From NCBI GenBank assembly GCA_951406725.2, contig OX597816.1, forward strand, positions 65,348,001 through 65,412,000: a stretch of DNA of 64,000 bases. Direction: 5' to 3'. A model generated the notes under the pieces. It did not search any database and was not told the origin of the DNA. It saw only the letters and a list, made by a program, of their open reading frames with translations. The DNA is from Octopus vulgaris. Taxonomy: Eukaryota. Positions 40,821 through 57,225 of this stretch are shown here, one piece after another. Position 1 is the first letter of the stretch, and each line of letters begins with the position of its first letter. The translations under genes were made by a program, and so were the position numbers.

Positions 40821-41764
40821 ACATACATACATACATACATACATACATACATACATACATACATACATACATACATACATACATAGTTTACTGCTGCGTT
40901 GAAGGTAAGATCAACGAAAATATAGTCCATCCAGCAAGCGATAAATGTCATTTTAATGTGCATTGATACGACCTGCTACTATTTCTAGCTCGGAGGTTGT
41001 TTTAAGATGTGATTTTGTATGTATTAGTTTGGGGAAATGTGCATAAATAAGTGGGCCGGTGATGTAAAACTAATTAGTGTACATTTGTGATTAGAAACTA
41101 AAGCAATATAACATTAATTAGCCAGTCAGAGGCGCAGCGTGTGAATAGGTGAGACGTTATAAGCTATTGAACAAACATGCATCATGAGGTAATGTGAGAT
41201 TTCCATGCATAATTGTTATGCACGAAAGGTAAGATTGAGGTGGAGATAGAAAGGTTGTTTCTGAGTGTGAAAATTTTGAAATGGTGTGGCTAAAAGTAAG
41301 ACAATGATAATTTCAAATATTCTTTTCTACTCTAGGCACAAGGCCTGAAATTTTGGGGGAGGCGGGAGGGGGGCAGTCGATTAGATCGACCCCAGTACGC
41401 AACTCATACTTAATTTATCAACCTGAAAGGATGGAAGGCAAAGTCAACCTCGGCGGAATAATGATAATTGCATATTTTGATGGAATTTGGTAGTTTTAGA
41501 GTAGATTTTATTTATCGCAAAAGATGCCGTGTGAAGCGGTGTTGTTGGTAGTATGACGAATGCGAAGAGCCGGCTACAGTAGAAAATATGAGTGCTAGAA
41601 TATTCCTAAGTATTAAATCTGAAAAAGTACAAGACAAGAAAAAAACTTAAGATGCTGCAGCTGTAGTTAGAATTTAAAAGTTTATATGGTAGTAGATTCT
41701 ATTTATATTTATTTTTCATAGTAATTCTAATTAGAATACTCAAGAATATATTTATTTTGAAGTT

Positions 41765-42004
41765 TACTCTCTTTTTTTTTTTACTTGTTTCAGTCATTTG
41801 ACTGTGGCCATGCTGGAGCACCGCCTTCAGTCGAGCAAGTCGATCCCAGAACTTATTCTTTGCAAGCCTAGTACTTATTATATCGGTCTCTTGCCAAACC
41901 GCTACGTTACGGGGACGTAAACACACCAGCATCGGTTGTCAAGTGATGTTGGGCGAACAAACACAGACACACAAACATATAAACATACACACATACATAT
42001 ATAC

Positions 42005-42063
<59 letters not shown>

Positions 42064-42260
42064 TTCGACGGGCTTCTTTCAGTTTCCGTCTACCAAATCC
42101 ACTCACAAGGCTTTGGTCGGCCCGAGGCTATAGTAGAAGACACTAGCCCAAGGTGCCACGCAGTGGGACTGAATCGGGAACCATGTGGTTGGTATAGGTA
42201 TTTTATAAAAGTAAAGAAATAGGTATGCAAGTTACATACTATACAGCCACTCCTACGCCT
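41765..42260 (-). mobile_element. SINE-B
   Basis: Family match with internal (TA)n. Confidence 0.88.
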
Positions 42261-43124
42261 TAGTAGGAGTGGTTTAGTAAAAAAAAAAGAATGATAATTG
42301 CCTGCAAGTTTACACATTAAAAAGTTAATATTACAAACTTTGTGTTTTATATATTTAAAAAAATCACATAATAACACTTTAAACGAAATTGACATTATAT
42401 TATAACCCCAAACATTTTTTTTTAAATAAGCTAGAGAGACATTTCTACATTTTGCTTTCATTTTTTAAATATTCTTCTGATTGTAAATAGAAAACACTTT
42501 GTTATCTGATGATGCAAACTTTAAACAAATTTATTGTTTTGATTCTTAAAATTTTTTTTAGTATTTTTACTCGTATTCTTGAATTACATATATTCTGCAT
42601 GAGTTTAATTCTAACACAATATCTGTGTTATGAATTTTGTTATGAAAATTAAATTAAAAAATAATATAATACTAAAAATATGACAAATCTTTTAGCTTAA
42701 TATAAAGAATAATTTTAGCCAAAAATATTAATTTAATTAAAAAAATTTGCAACAGAAAGCAAAAAATAATAAGCCAATAGAATACAAACCGAAGTAAGAC
42801 AATACAATACCAATCGAAATATTGGTGTGAAAGCAGACATTTTGAAGCCAAAAAAACCCTTGCATTTTATATTAGTATATTGTGGGGTTAATATTCCTTC
42901 GTAAGAGAATGAAGTATGGAGTTGAGCTGGCATCTTTTACTAGTATCTAAACAAAAGAAACCAGCTCGACATCGACTTCCATTCCTCTTGAGAAAGTAAA
43001 AGGCAAGGCGTTATTTTGTATTCATTACTTCTTTCCACGTCTATATTTCATTTTCCAATTCACTGGCTTTTGAACCATAACAATTTTAGCTTTACAGCAG
43101 TGTGTATACGTGTGAATATGAATG

Positions 43125-43313
43125 TAGGGGCTGGAGTGGCTGTGTGGTAGGTAGCTTGCTTACCAACCACATGGTTCCGGGTTCAGTCCCACTGCGTGGC
43201 ACCTTGGGCAAATGCCTTCTACTATTGCTTCGGGACGACTAAAACCTTGTGAGTAGATTTGGTAGACGGAAACTGAAAGAAGCCCGTCGTATATATGTAT
43301 ATATATATGTATA

Positions 43314-43391
<78 letters not shown>

Positions 43392-43582
43392 GTATATATA
43401 TATGTATGTATGTGTGTGTATATGTTTGTGTATCTGTTTGTCCCCCCCCCAACATCGCTTGACAACCGATGGTGGTGTGTTTACGTCCCTGTAACTTAGC
43501 GGTTCGGCAAAGTCCTGGGGTCGATTTGCTTGACTAAAGGTGGTGCTCCCGCATGGCCGCAGTCAAACTGAAACAAAAGAGT
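43125..43582 (+). mobile_element. SINE-B
   Basis: Family match with long internal (TA)n. Confidence 0.88.
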
Positions 43583-44099
43583 ATAACTGTTCAGTTTTTT
43601 TTGTAGTTAAAAATAAAGCTTGTTAAGGCTTAGATACATATGACCATTGACCATGTTTGCTTGAGTATGTTTATGACCTTGTTTGCTTGAGTAAATGGGA
43701 TTCTTTTATGAAAAGTTACCCTCTATGAAGATAAACAAAGAGAAAAGAAAGAAAAGAAATAACAAACATTTATGAATTTCTTCTAGACTAATTATTATCC
43801 ATCAGTAAAACATGTTCGCTTCATAAACTGTTTAATTTATATCTCTAGGCTTATGCCATGCTGATGATTGGTGCTATATATAAATACTTAAGACTTGAAA
43901 TTTTAAGATCTTAATCATAAATAATAATAATAATAAATTAAACGTATACTGTAAGCATTTTCTCCCTTACTTCTAAATTTCAGATTCGTACCTGTAAACC
44001 GAAATGTTATGAAGAAATCATGATCTCCCTCGTCAAGTCGTCAAATAACACGTAAATACGTCAAGTCCTCTAGGGGACTTTATGTGTTTGATATAGATA

Positions 44100-44330
44100 T
44101 ACTCTTTACTCTCTACTCTTTTACTCTTTTACTTGTTTCAGTCATTTGACTGCGGCCATGCAGGAGCACCGCCTTTAGTCGAGCAAATCGACCCCGGGAC
44201 TTATTCTCTGTAAGCCCAGTACTTATTCTATCGGATCTCTTTTTGCCGAACCGCTAAGTGACGGGGACATAAACACACCAGCATCGGTTATCAAGCAATG
44301 CTAGGGGGACAAACACAGACACACAAACAT

Positions 44331-44400
<70 letters not shown>

Positions 44401-44562
44401 GACAGGCTTCTTTCAGTTTCCGTCTACCAAATCCACACACAAGGCATTGGTCGGCCCGAGGCTATAGCAGATGACACCTGCCCAAGATGTCACGCAGTGG
44501 GACTGAACCTGCAACAATGTGGTTGGTAAGTAAGCTACTTACCACACACCCACTCCTGTGCC
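44100..44562 (-). mobile_element. SINE-B, full length with (GAGTAAAA)n tail
   Basis: Family match. Confidence 0.9.
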
Positions 44563-44924
44563 TATATAATAATTTTTTTTTTTTTTACAATTGGACGAGT
44601 GAAATACCAATTTGGGTGGGTGAGATGAGTAAATGACAATGAAATAATGACTATTAACTATCAGGAGGCGTCCGCACAGCTGTATGGTTAGAAGTTACCT
44701 TTGCAACTTTTAAATTTACTTTCAATCCACCTGTGTATCATCGTGGGCAAATGTCTTCTACTAATTCCTCAGATGGATCAACAAATTATGAATAAAATTG
44801 GGAGACAGTAATTGCAAAGAATTCCATGGTATAAATTTACACACACAGACACACATGAACGCGCGCGCTCACGCACACACAAACACACACACACACACAC
44901 ACACTCACACAGATGTATATACAC

Positions 44925-45225
44925 TTTTACTCTTTTACTTCTTTCAGTCATTTGACTGTGGCCATACTGGAGCACCGTCTTTAGTCGAGCAAATCGGTTG
45001 TCAAGCGATGTTGGCGGGGGGGGGGGGACAAACACAGGCACACAAACATATACACACACATACATATATATGTATATGCATACATACAACGGGTTTCTTT
45101 CAATTTCCGTCTACCAAATCCACTCACAAGGCTTTGGTCGGCCCAAGGTTCCACGCAGTGGGACTGAACCCGGAACCATGTGGTTGGTAAGCAAGCTACT
45201 TACCACACAGCCACTCCTGTGCCTA
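44925..45225 (-). mobile_element. SINE-B, internally deleted
   Basis: Family match with two deletions. Confidence 0.85.
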
Positions 45226-45594
45226 TATAATAATATTTACACACACACCAGAAATTAAGCTCTCCTCCTATAAAACAAAACCGCAACTAACATGTAGAAA
45301 CTTATTTGAAATGAAAACAGAATAACATAATGCTGCAGCACCCAACGATACAACTGTACCAAATTCCAGTCAAATTGTTGAGTCAAATTCATGGACCCTT
45401 GATTTCATAGAAATTCTCAGGATTCTAACTCAGGATAAACTCCTAGTCACCACAATGCATTCCACTTTTCAATAGTCAAAGTTATTATTGTTAGTGAACA
45501 TCTGTAATACTCTCTCTTTTGAAGTAGTTTTATTTAGTAACGTGTGTGTTCACGTGTGTATTGTACGCGCTCGTGCGTGTATATATGTATTAAT

Positions 45595-45598
45595 GTAT

Positions 45599-45676
<78 letters not shown>

Positions 45677-45829
45677 TATATGTGCGTGAATGTATCTAGC
45701 TACATACATATATAAATCTGCACAATTATAAAAGCATACAGAATACAGAGAAAGAAAATCAGAAACATTATTTACGTACAATGAACATTATATTTTTATG
45801 TGTGGCAAACAAACATGTGTACACAAAGA

Positions 45830-45917
<88 letters not shown>

Positions 45918-46340
45918 GATATCTATATATATACATACATACATGCATACATACATACATGCGTAAATACATACATACATACATACATACATACATACAT
46001 ACATACATACATACATACATACATACATACGCCTCGCAGAGAATTTTACATAAATATGTAATCTTCATTGTACGTAAATATAGAGATTATATTTTCTTTT
46101 GCCAGTCTTTGAGGGTTTATATTTTTTTAATGTTAACTTAATTAAAAAAATATAAGATCAAAGAGCGATAGCCTTATGACTAGAGGTACCATAATTCTTA
46201 TCAAAATCCATATAGATATATTTATTACGCATGAATACTTCTCTACGTATTAATGTGTGCGTATTATGAAGAGGCAGGTTAGCCACAGTGCGTTGTTGTG
46301 CATGTGTGTATACGTGTGTGTATGTATGTATCTATGTATG

Positions 46341-46406
<66 letters not shown>

Positions 46407-46678
46407 TATAGATATATACAAATATATGTATATATATATGCACACACATATATACATATGTATATATATAAATATATGTATATATGGTGTTATGTGTAGA
46501 GGCACCCAAGTGGGCGTGTATGTATTCGTTTCCATGCATGTATGCGCAAACAAGTATATGTATATGAGTGTGTATGTATATGTACATACATATATGCATA
46601 CATATATATATATACACATATATATTTAAATGTATATATATACATGTGTATATTTATACATATATATATATATATTTA

Positions 46679-46744
<66 letters not shown>

Positions 46745-47160
46745 TATGTACATATGTATCTATGTATGTATTATATAGGGAGAGAGAGAGAGAAAAAAAA
46801 CGAGAAAGTGTGAGTGCAAGACAGAGTGTGTCTGTTTTTGTTTATTAAACATACTTTTCATTGTCTCTTTGTTTATATACATATGCACATATATACAGTA
46901 AAAGCGTAAAAGATTATACATATACATTTATACTTACATCTATATTTATGTATTTGTGTGTGTATGTGTTTGTGTTAGTGTGTTCGTATTTAACATACAC
47001 AATATATTATCAGAAACTGAGCTAAAGAAATACACTCAAATACGCCAAAGGCATGGATTAGAATAAATCAATTTTGTATTAATGTACTGAATGACACACA
47101 AAATGTCCATTCATTATTTACACATAATCTATATCCACACACATACACACACACAGACGC

Positions 47161-47221
<61 letters not shown>

Positions 47222-47262
47222 TGTATAAATATACTCACATCCATATGTATATGATATATTTA

Positions 47263-47307
<45 letters not shown>

Positions 47308-47310
47308 ATA

Positions 47311-47367
<57 letters not shown>

Positions 47368-47372
47368 GTATG
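45595..47372. repeat. Cluster of (TA)n/(CA)n/(ACAT)n microsatellites
   Basis: Direct read; explains the many YI/CV-repeat ORFs. Confidence 0.93.
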
Positions 47373-48024
47373 CATTCGTATGAACCACTGACAGAAAATA
47401 ATTGAGCCAAACATATTTTTGTTAATTTGGCACGTTAAAGTGCAGTGTATACTACGATTTAAATAGGTTATTTGCTCCAAACGCTGCAATGCTTCCTCCT
47501 CACAGTCTTAATAATACTTTTAGAATAAAAACATGTTTTATAATTTTTTTTTTTTTTTGCAAAAAAGAAATCTCCGAAAATTTTCCGATTTCCATCTTTT
47601 ATACTGAAGGGCCTGTATGTCAATTAAGACAGAGTAGATAAATATTTTACGCATAGAAAATATCTTATAGCTTTGTTTTGAATTATTCTTTATAATAAAG
47701 ACACTGAAAAAGTTATTTAATATCTTAGTGTTTATTTCTAGGTTCCTTTTAAGTGGAAGAACTTTCTTTTGATGTTTTAATCAAAAGTTATTTTGTTTTT
47801 TTATTTTTGTTTTGTTTTGTTTTTTTTTTTGTGTGTACGTAATATTGTTCTAATTATGACTTAGGTAGTTAGATTAAGTCACGCTTTTGTGTGTTAGAAA
47901 TGCCTGTAAAGAAAAATAATACTATTCTCATGTGGGTATATAAAAAGAGAAAAAAGTCAAAGCTGCTCTCTCTCATTCGTGAAGCAACTACACAGTATTC
48001 CGAAGTGCCTACATGACAATAATA

Positions 48025-48244
48025 AAGGAGAAGGAAGGGGAGAAGAAGAAGGAGGAGGAGGAGGAGGAGGAGGAGGAGGAGGAGGAGGAGGAGGAGGAGT
48101 GAAGAAGAAGAAGAAGAAGAAGAAGAAGAAGAAGAAGAAGAAGAAGAAGAAGAAGAAGAAGAAGAAGAAGAAGAAGAAGAAAAAGAAGAAGAATAAGAAG
48201 AAGAAAAAGAAGAAGAAGAAGAAGAAGAAGAAGAAGAAGAAGAA
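48025..48244. repeat. (GGA)n(GAA)n polypurine tract
   Basis: Direct read. Confidence 0.96.
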
Positions 48245-48404
48245 TTTACATTGTTTACATTCGACGGATATTTGTCCTCATCTTGTTTTTTGTTGTTAAC
48301 ACGTTTCGGCTGATATACCCTCCAGCCTTCTTCAGGTGTCTTGGGGAAATTATGAACCTGAGTTCTCATTCCTAAGGTATTTTTCGATATTATCATTATC
48401 ATCA

Positions 48405-48450
<46 letters not shown>

Positions 48451-48537
48451 CAGGTCACTGCTTGGAATCGAATTCGGAATCTTGCGGTTAGTAGCTCGCG
48501 CTCTTAACCACTACACCATATGCCCGTGGACATATGG
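48244..48537 (-). mobile_element. SINE-C copy with 5' fold-back
   Basis: tRNA-like head, (AAT)n, hammerhead CTGAAGA..GAAA (3-nt deletion after GAAA); hairpin CCATATGCCC-gt-GGACATATGG at 48516-48537. Confidence 0.85.
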
Positions 48538-49634
48538 CATAAGAAGAATACCTGTATTTCGCCGCGCAACATGGTGAGAATAGCTCAACACTTCATGGAC
48601 ATTGGTTCAATCGCAAGGAAGAAAGTATGTCCAAACCTGGAACTACTATGAACACAGATAACAAAATACTATAATTCTTAGTTCTTCGGGGGAAAACGAA
48701 AATCCTACAGGAACCTTGATTAGAATTCAGAACTTGACTTTCGACGAGAACCATTCTATGTGACTAAAAGGTGCTGGTTTTGTGACTGGATAATTATAAG
48801 GACAGGCTACACTTCTGGTCAAATTTTGACTACTGTGTTTCTATTAGTTTCAGAATGACTTCTTGAAAGGTGATCAAGATTTGAACTTCGTAGTGGTAAC
48901 CTCACAAACGTTACCTTCACAGAGCTAGTGTAAGGTTCCACCTTGTGTGTATTCCAACCACTATGAAGCATGGCGGATTTAGAACCAAGGCATGGGTTGC
49001 ATTTTTCATCTGCAGATGTTTGTGAACTTATACATAGAGTACATATAACATTTAGAGAAGGGGTTACTTTCCTGCAATAAGGTCCTGTTCTTGCCAATAC
49101 TTCGAAAACAAGAATAAAAGTGTTGGCGGAAAGACTTTCTGAAAATTATGCTCTGGCCAAATATGTTCATATGTGAATCCCATAGGAAATATGTCTTCTA
49201 CTATATCCGCAGATTGATCAACAAATTTTGGGCATAATGAGGCTGGAAGTAAATCTGAAAATTCTGATCAAGCCGTGGAACGTTATTGACGTATCTTAGA
49301 ACAAAAACTGAGTAACTTAACCATTTGGCATTCAGAGTACTCAATCAAATGTAATGCTTATTTATTTTAATCTGCCAATAAAACCCCACTATTTATTTTA
49401 GTCTGGTATATTATCAATGACTTTATCAAACACAATACCTTCACAAACATAGTAAGGATATCTCAATTGGTTTCGACGATAAATATTCAGTTGTTTAATC
49501 AACTAAACTATCAACTCACTGAATTAGCGTCAAAGTGGCTGAGTATTCCACAAACATGTGCTCATTTAAAGACGGTTATTTTGTTTAATGTTTCTTGTAT
49601 ATTAAGCGCTCTAATCGAATTTATGTGTAAATCG

Positions 49635-49689
<55 letters not shown>

Positions 49690-49690
<1 letters not shown>

Positions 49691-50250
49691 TAGAAAGGAG
49701 TGAAAAAACTTCAGAAGGCTTGTTTTATAAGGTTAAAGAATATATTTAAGTCGTTATGTTAGAAGAATGTTATAAAATTTTGCTTATAGTAACATAGTTT
49801 TTGGAGAAACTACCGGTTTCGTGTTAACTTTTCAAATTTCTCAAATGTCTTTACCTACATCGTGTCATGTCTTCGTTATGCAGTGCAAAGAAGAGTTCCA
49901 GGCAGGGGAAGGTAATAAGCGATTTCTCCGGTATAAGGGAGATAATCGCTTTATATTTCTTTTCCCCTTTTTTAATGAGATGAGTTTCTCTGTATAAGAA
50001 TGTTAGGATGGTTAAGTTCAGGCTTATATTTTTCAATAAAAAATGTTTCCTTGTTTAATCTAATTTGTGTTGGTGTTCCAATTGCACATTGATAGAATGG
50101 AAAGATTAAAAATTGTGGTAGTAGTTGCTTTGCACATTTCTCAATATGCTCACTATTGGTATGACACTGGAAATGTACAGATTTTGACACGAACGTTTAC
50201 AATTTTAAATGTGAAACATAAGAATAACAATCTTTATATCATCCTTTGTA
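49690..50250 (-). mobile_element. Penelope-like element 3' end: endonuclease C-terminus + decayed hammerhead
   Basis: IRLNKETFFIEKYKPELN (GIY-YIG-type terminal E..I....P.LN); gagaaat-TTGAAAA-gt-taac-ac-GAAA-ccgg-TA-gtttctc at 49804-49842. Confidence 0.7.
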
Positions 50251-50254
50251 AGGA

Positions 50255-52330
<2,076 letters not shown>

Positions 52331-53489
52331 TTTATATATACATATATATACTATATTAAATCTCTGGGCGAGAGGTAAACAGTAACAGTTCGGAATCGTA
52401 AATTATATTCGCCCATCTCTAGCCTTACGTGATACACACGTATGGCTACAGATGGGTCCGATGACCTCCCCTCGCAAATACTAATCGGACACAGACAGTG
52501 CATCGTTAGCCAGCTGGAGGAGCTGCCTTCCTGAAGCTTAAAACAACAGTAACATCGTCCTCCATGGGACCGCCACATTTAGTTGGCAAATACATACATA
52601 CATGTGTGTGTGTGTGTCTCTCTCTATATATATGTATATATATATATAATATTTATATATACAATATACATACACATATACAAGTATATTCTCCGTGGTA
52701 TTATATTATTTTATGCGCTACTTATTAGGCAGAAAACTCTACCTCTCTCCTCATTTTAACTAAATGACACGCAATTTATGACAAAATTTACGTGACAGCA
52801 ATTGTTCTCAATGAACTCAAATTAAATGCAAGGTCACGTTAACATATGCATTGATAATTATATGGAAAATAATCCCCAGTGACAGAAGTATGCGTTCAGA
52901 TAATCTGAATAAATTTAACTGACTACTTTTAAACTCCATCATTTTAGATTTTTATTTTCTGTCCTTGACTACCTATTACAAAACATGACAAAATATTACG
53001 AAATCTAGCTTCGGGGCATGATGAAGCACAATTTGTTTGTTAATCCTTGCTAAAAGATATATTCATAGGTTTAATACGGCAGTAGCAATGTGTGTTGTAG
53101 CGAGCTCATCTTAGACATGCCCATAGGATAAATTGAAAGATTAATTTCCTCTGCGAGAATATGAAGACAAAAAATATTATTGAAACAACAAGAGGAATTA
53201 ACAACAAAAATATATTGGAAATAGTATGTCTTATTCCAGTATTTTCTGTGACTGTCACGTAATGACAGTTTTCCAAGACACACTAAAAGACATGAATGCC
53301 TCCAGATAAAAGTACTCAGTTGTTAATCTAAACATCTCTAACAACCAAACCATTTATTTTCTTTGTGGTTTCTTTTTCATCTTTATCCTCCCTTCCATCC
53401 TCCCCTCCTTCTTTCTCGAACTCCTTCTTCCACCCCCACCATCTTCTCTCTCTTTATCTTCTTTTTATTTCACTACACGCAACTTCCTT

Positions 53490-53683
53490 TTTCTCTCTCT
53501 CTCTGAGTACGTGTATATATGTATGTATGTATGTGTGTGTGTGCAAGCGTGCATGCATAGAGGCACGTATACATGGAGATATGTGTATATGTATGTACAC
53601 GTATGTATGTCTATATATGTGTGTGTATGTGACAAACGTATGCATAAGATATATATGCATATATATATGAATATATATATATA

Positions 53684-53743
<60 letters not shown>

Positions 53744-54241
53744 TATATATATATACACACACACACAAACATACACACACACACATTCGTTTCCATTATA
53801 ATTTCCTAAAAGGTTTTCCCCAATGCTAATTCATATCTTTTATGACACTGTCTGTTTCGTGTTCGTGTCGCTCTGCTTTATTTTGGCAATTTTTACTGTT
53901 CTTCAACTTGATTTTGTCGCTTTTTAATCATTCCCTTTATTGTTTATTCACACTTTTTCTTCTATCAACTGATATATTGGGAGATATTTTGCTAATATAT
54001 TATTACATTTTTGCCTTTGCTCTTTCAAGCATTTTTCTCACTTTCCTTTGCGTATTGTGATATTTTAAAATGAGCTAAAACTAACTATAATGGAATATAA
54101 CCAATATATATATATAGAGAGAGAGAGAGAGACATATATATATGTATGTATATGTATATATATGCATATATATATATACATATATATATGTGCGTGTGTG
54201 TATGTATATATATACGTATATATACATATATATATACATAC

Positions 54242-54332
<91 letters not shown>

Positions 54333-54338
54333 TATACC

Positions 54339-54370
<32 letters not shown>

Positions 54371-54395
54371 TATATGAATGTGCTTGAATGTATTC

Positions 54396-54444
<49 letters not shown>

Positions 54445-54480
54445 TGTATGTATGTATGTATGTATGTATATGTTATGTAT
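53490..54480. repeat. Two large TA-rich microsatellite blocks
   Basis: Direct read (53490-53785 and 54104-54480). Confidence 0.92.
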
Positions 54481-55702
54481 ATTGTTACACACATATTTCC
54501 GAAATTCGAATAAATGTAACCTTAGAGAATGTATGGTATTATCACAATCAAAGAAGCAGATATATGTGTGTTTGTGTGTGTATGGGTATTTTTTTGTGTG
54601 ATTATTCTGTGAGCGAGAGATAGATAGAGAGAGAGAAAGATAGAAAGAGAGAGAGAGACTCTTAGACAAAGCAATTGTTTATTTGATAGTTATTTAATAA
54701 TCGCTTTCTGAACAGTTTATTTTATAAAATCGTGTGCGAATGTGTGTATATGTTGGCGCAAAAATATTCTGGCTCCATCAAACAATAGCAAGTTTCATAT
54801 CTAAGAAGGATTTAATTAAGAAAGTTCTTGGGAAAATTTTTTCGCTTCAATTTTTAATTATTTTATGTATAAATTTTTGTTTTCGTATTTATTGAAGTTG
54901 CAAAGATACTCTTTCGAAGCTGTTAATAATTTTAAAGGCATCAAGTGCAGTTTTCTAGATACTTGTCTTCAAACAATTTCTCTTTATTCCTGTGCAAACA
55001 TGAACCTCTCCCAAGTACATATGCGTTTAATTATGTATATTACTTTCACACGAAAGATAACTAATAAACGTAGAATATTCTGTGAATTAGAAATATTTTA
55101 TATTTTCATTTTTTTTCTGTTTTATTTGGTTTTATTTTTTACAAGTATATATTTTGGGTAGATTTTTTTAGGTGCGCCATCAGTGTAGATTTGGGGAGTT
55201 GAAAAGAGAGTATGATAACTATAATTATATCTTTTATTCTCTATATATTTCATTGCTTTAAAATAAACACTTCTTCTCTTTTCATGTTTGTTGTGTTTTT
55301 GTCTTTGTATTTTAGTTTTTGTTTTTGTTTTGTTTTTTTCCTAACATCATCTCTTCAAAAATACTTTCAACAACAAATCCCAAAGGCCAAACTGTCGATC
55401 GTTTTATAGGATTCTTCGTTTAATCTGTTGCCTGACTTAATATCCTCACCTGACCTTTTAGTGATTTTAGCAGAGTTCCACCCTGTTTCATGCATTCACA
55501 CCATGTTTCCGATCAGAGAAAAACTTACTCTTCTCACTAGTCGCAAAGATCACACAAAGGATGGTGGACGCTACTCTTTCTATGAAAGAAGTTCTTTCCT
55601 AATCTAGAATTGCTAGATTTATTATGTTTGTTTGTTTTTTTTGTTTTTTTGGTTTTTTGTTTTTTTGTTTCTGAAATACAAATTAGAATTATCAGTCTTG
55701 GC

Positions 55703-56102
55703 TTTTTACTCTTTTACTTGTTTCAGTCATTTGACTGCAGCCATGCTGGAGCACCGCCTTTAGTCGAGCAAATCGACCCCAAGTCTTATTCTTTGGATGC
55801 CTAGTACTTATTCTATCGGATCTCTTTTTGCCGAACCGCTAAGTGACGGGGATGTAAACACACCAGCATCGGTTGTCAAGCGATGTTGGAGGGCGGGGTA
55901 AACACAGACACACAAACACACACACGTATATATATACATATACATATATACGATGGGCTTCTTTCAGTTTCCGTCTACCAAATCCACTCACAAGGCTTTG
56001 GTCGGCCCGAGGCTATAGCACTAGACACTTGCCCAAGATACCACGCAATGGGACTGAATCCGGAACCATGTGGTTGGTAAGCAAGCTACTTACCACACAG
56101 CC
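55703..56102 (-). mobile_element. SINE-B
   Basis: Family match. Confidence 0.88.
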
Positions 56103-56945
56103 ATCATTTTTTAAGAAATTTCAACTATAATTCCGAACAAAATGAAATTCTCTCGGAATATTCAAATATACCTGCTATTATCATTTCCCGTAGAAAAGAT
56201 TTATTCCAAAAATACGTAAAGCAACAAGTGACACTTAGACTTAGTACTTCTCGAAATTGTTTGACTTGAACACGAGGTAGTAACAGAAGACATTTAGCAA
56301 CATTTATCGCGCAGTGGAATTGAAACGCGCACCAAATTGTAGCGAAATGATTTTACTATCTACCCGGCAATTCGTGCATATGTTCCATATGTGTGTGGAT
56401 ATCTGTATATCCTCACACACATGCACAAGCCATGTGAGAAAAATTAAATACAGAGAAACGGTGCATAAGCGCGTCACACTGTAGATGTTCTATGGTGGTA
56501 TCCTAGTCTATTACCAGGATTAGCACAATCCTTTGGTTACGGAGTGTCCTCAGCGCTGGCGCAAACTTTCAGGCCAGGTTTTGATCTGAGATTGCGCTGC
56601 TTTCATCGTGGGAAAATCGTGGGTAAGATTACGGAAAGTGTGGATGAACAGATGTATCATATTTCAATGTCCTCAGTTTTCTGGTGGTTTATTTTTGCTT
56701 GTTTTTCGAATTTTTTCTCACTCTATTATAAATCTGAAACACTGTTTCCGTTTAACAAATGAATAAAGAGCACCACTGGCGTTGAGCAAACGAAAATAGC
56801 TAAATAATTACTGTTATCATCATAATTACATTTATTATCATAATTACTATTATAATTACCATTACTATTATCGTCATTGTGATGTCTGTAAGCCATTTAA
56901 GAAACACACAAAAGCCGTTCGATTCACTTCAACATTTAAGTTTAA

Positions 56946-56996
56946 TTTGTCAAAATATTTTCGCCGCTATAAGACCGCGACCTGTTCACTGACAAA
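56946..56996 (-). ncRNA. Hammerhead ribozyme motif with G3-C8 variant core (family F)
   Basis: uuuguca-GUGAACA-g-gucgc-(9 nt)-gcggc-GAAA-auau-UU-ugacaaa. Confidence 0.62.
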
Positions 56997-57225
56997 AATC
57001 CGTGATGCAGCACGGATTTTTGTCAGCACGGATTTTTATACATATATACAACGGGCTTCTTTCAGTTTCCGTCTATCAAATCCACTCACAAGGCTTTGGT
57101 CGGCCCGAGGCTATAGTAGAAGACACTTGCCCAAGGTGCCACGCAGTGGGATTGAACCCGGAACCATGTGGTTCGTGAGCAACTCCTACGCTTACTGTAA
57201 TGCTTACTGTAATGTACTTTAATAT

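Noticed and set aside
48819-49097. 92-aa ORF with several Cys
   Set aside because: Non-ATG start and no family motif; an exon cannot be excluded without RNA-seq.
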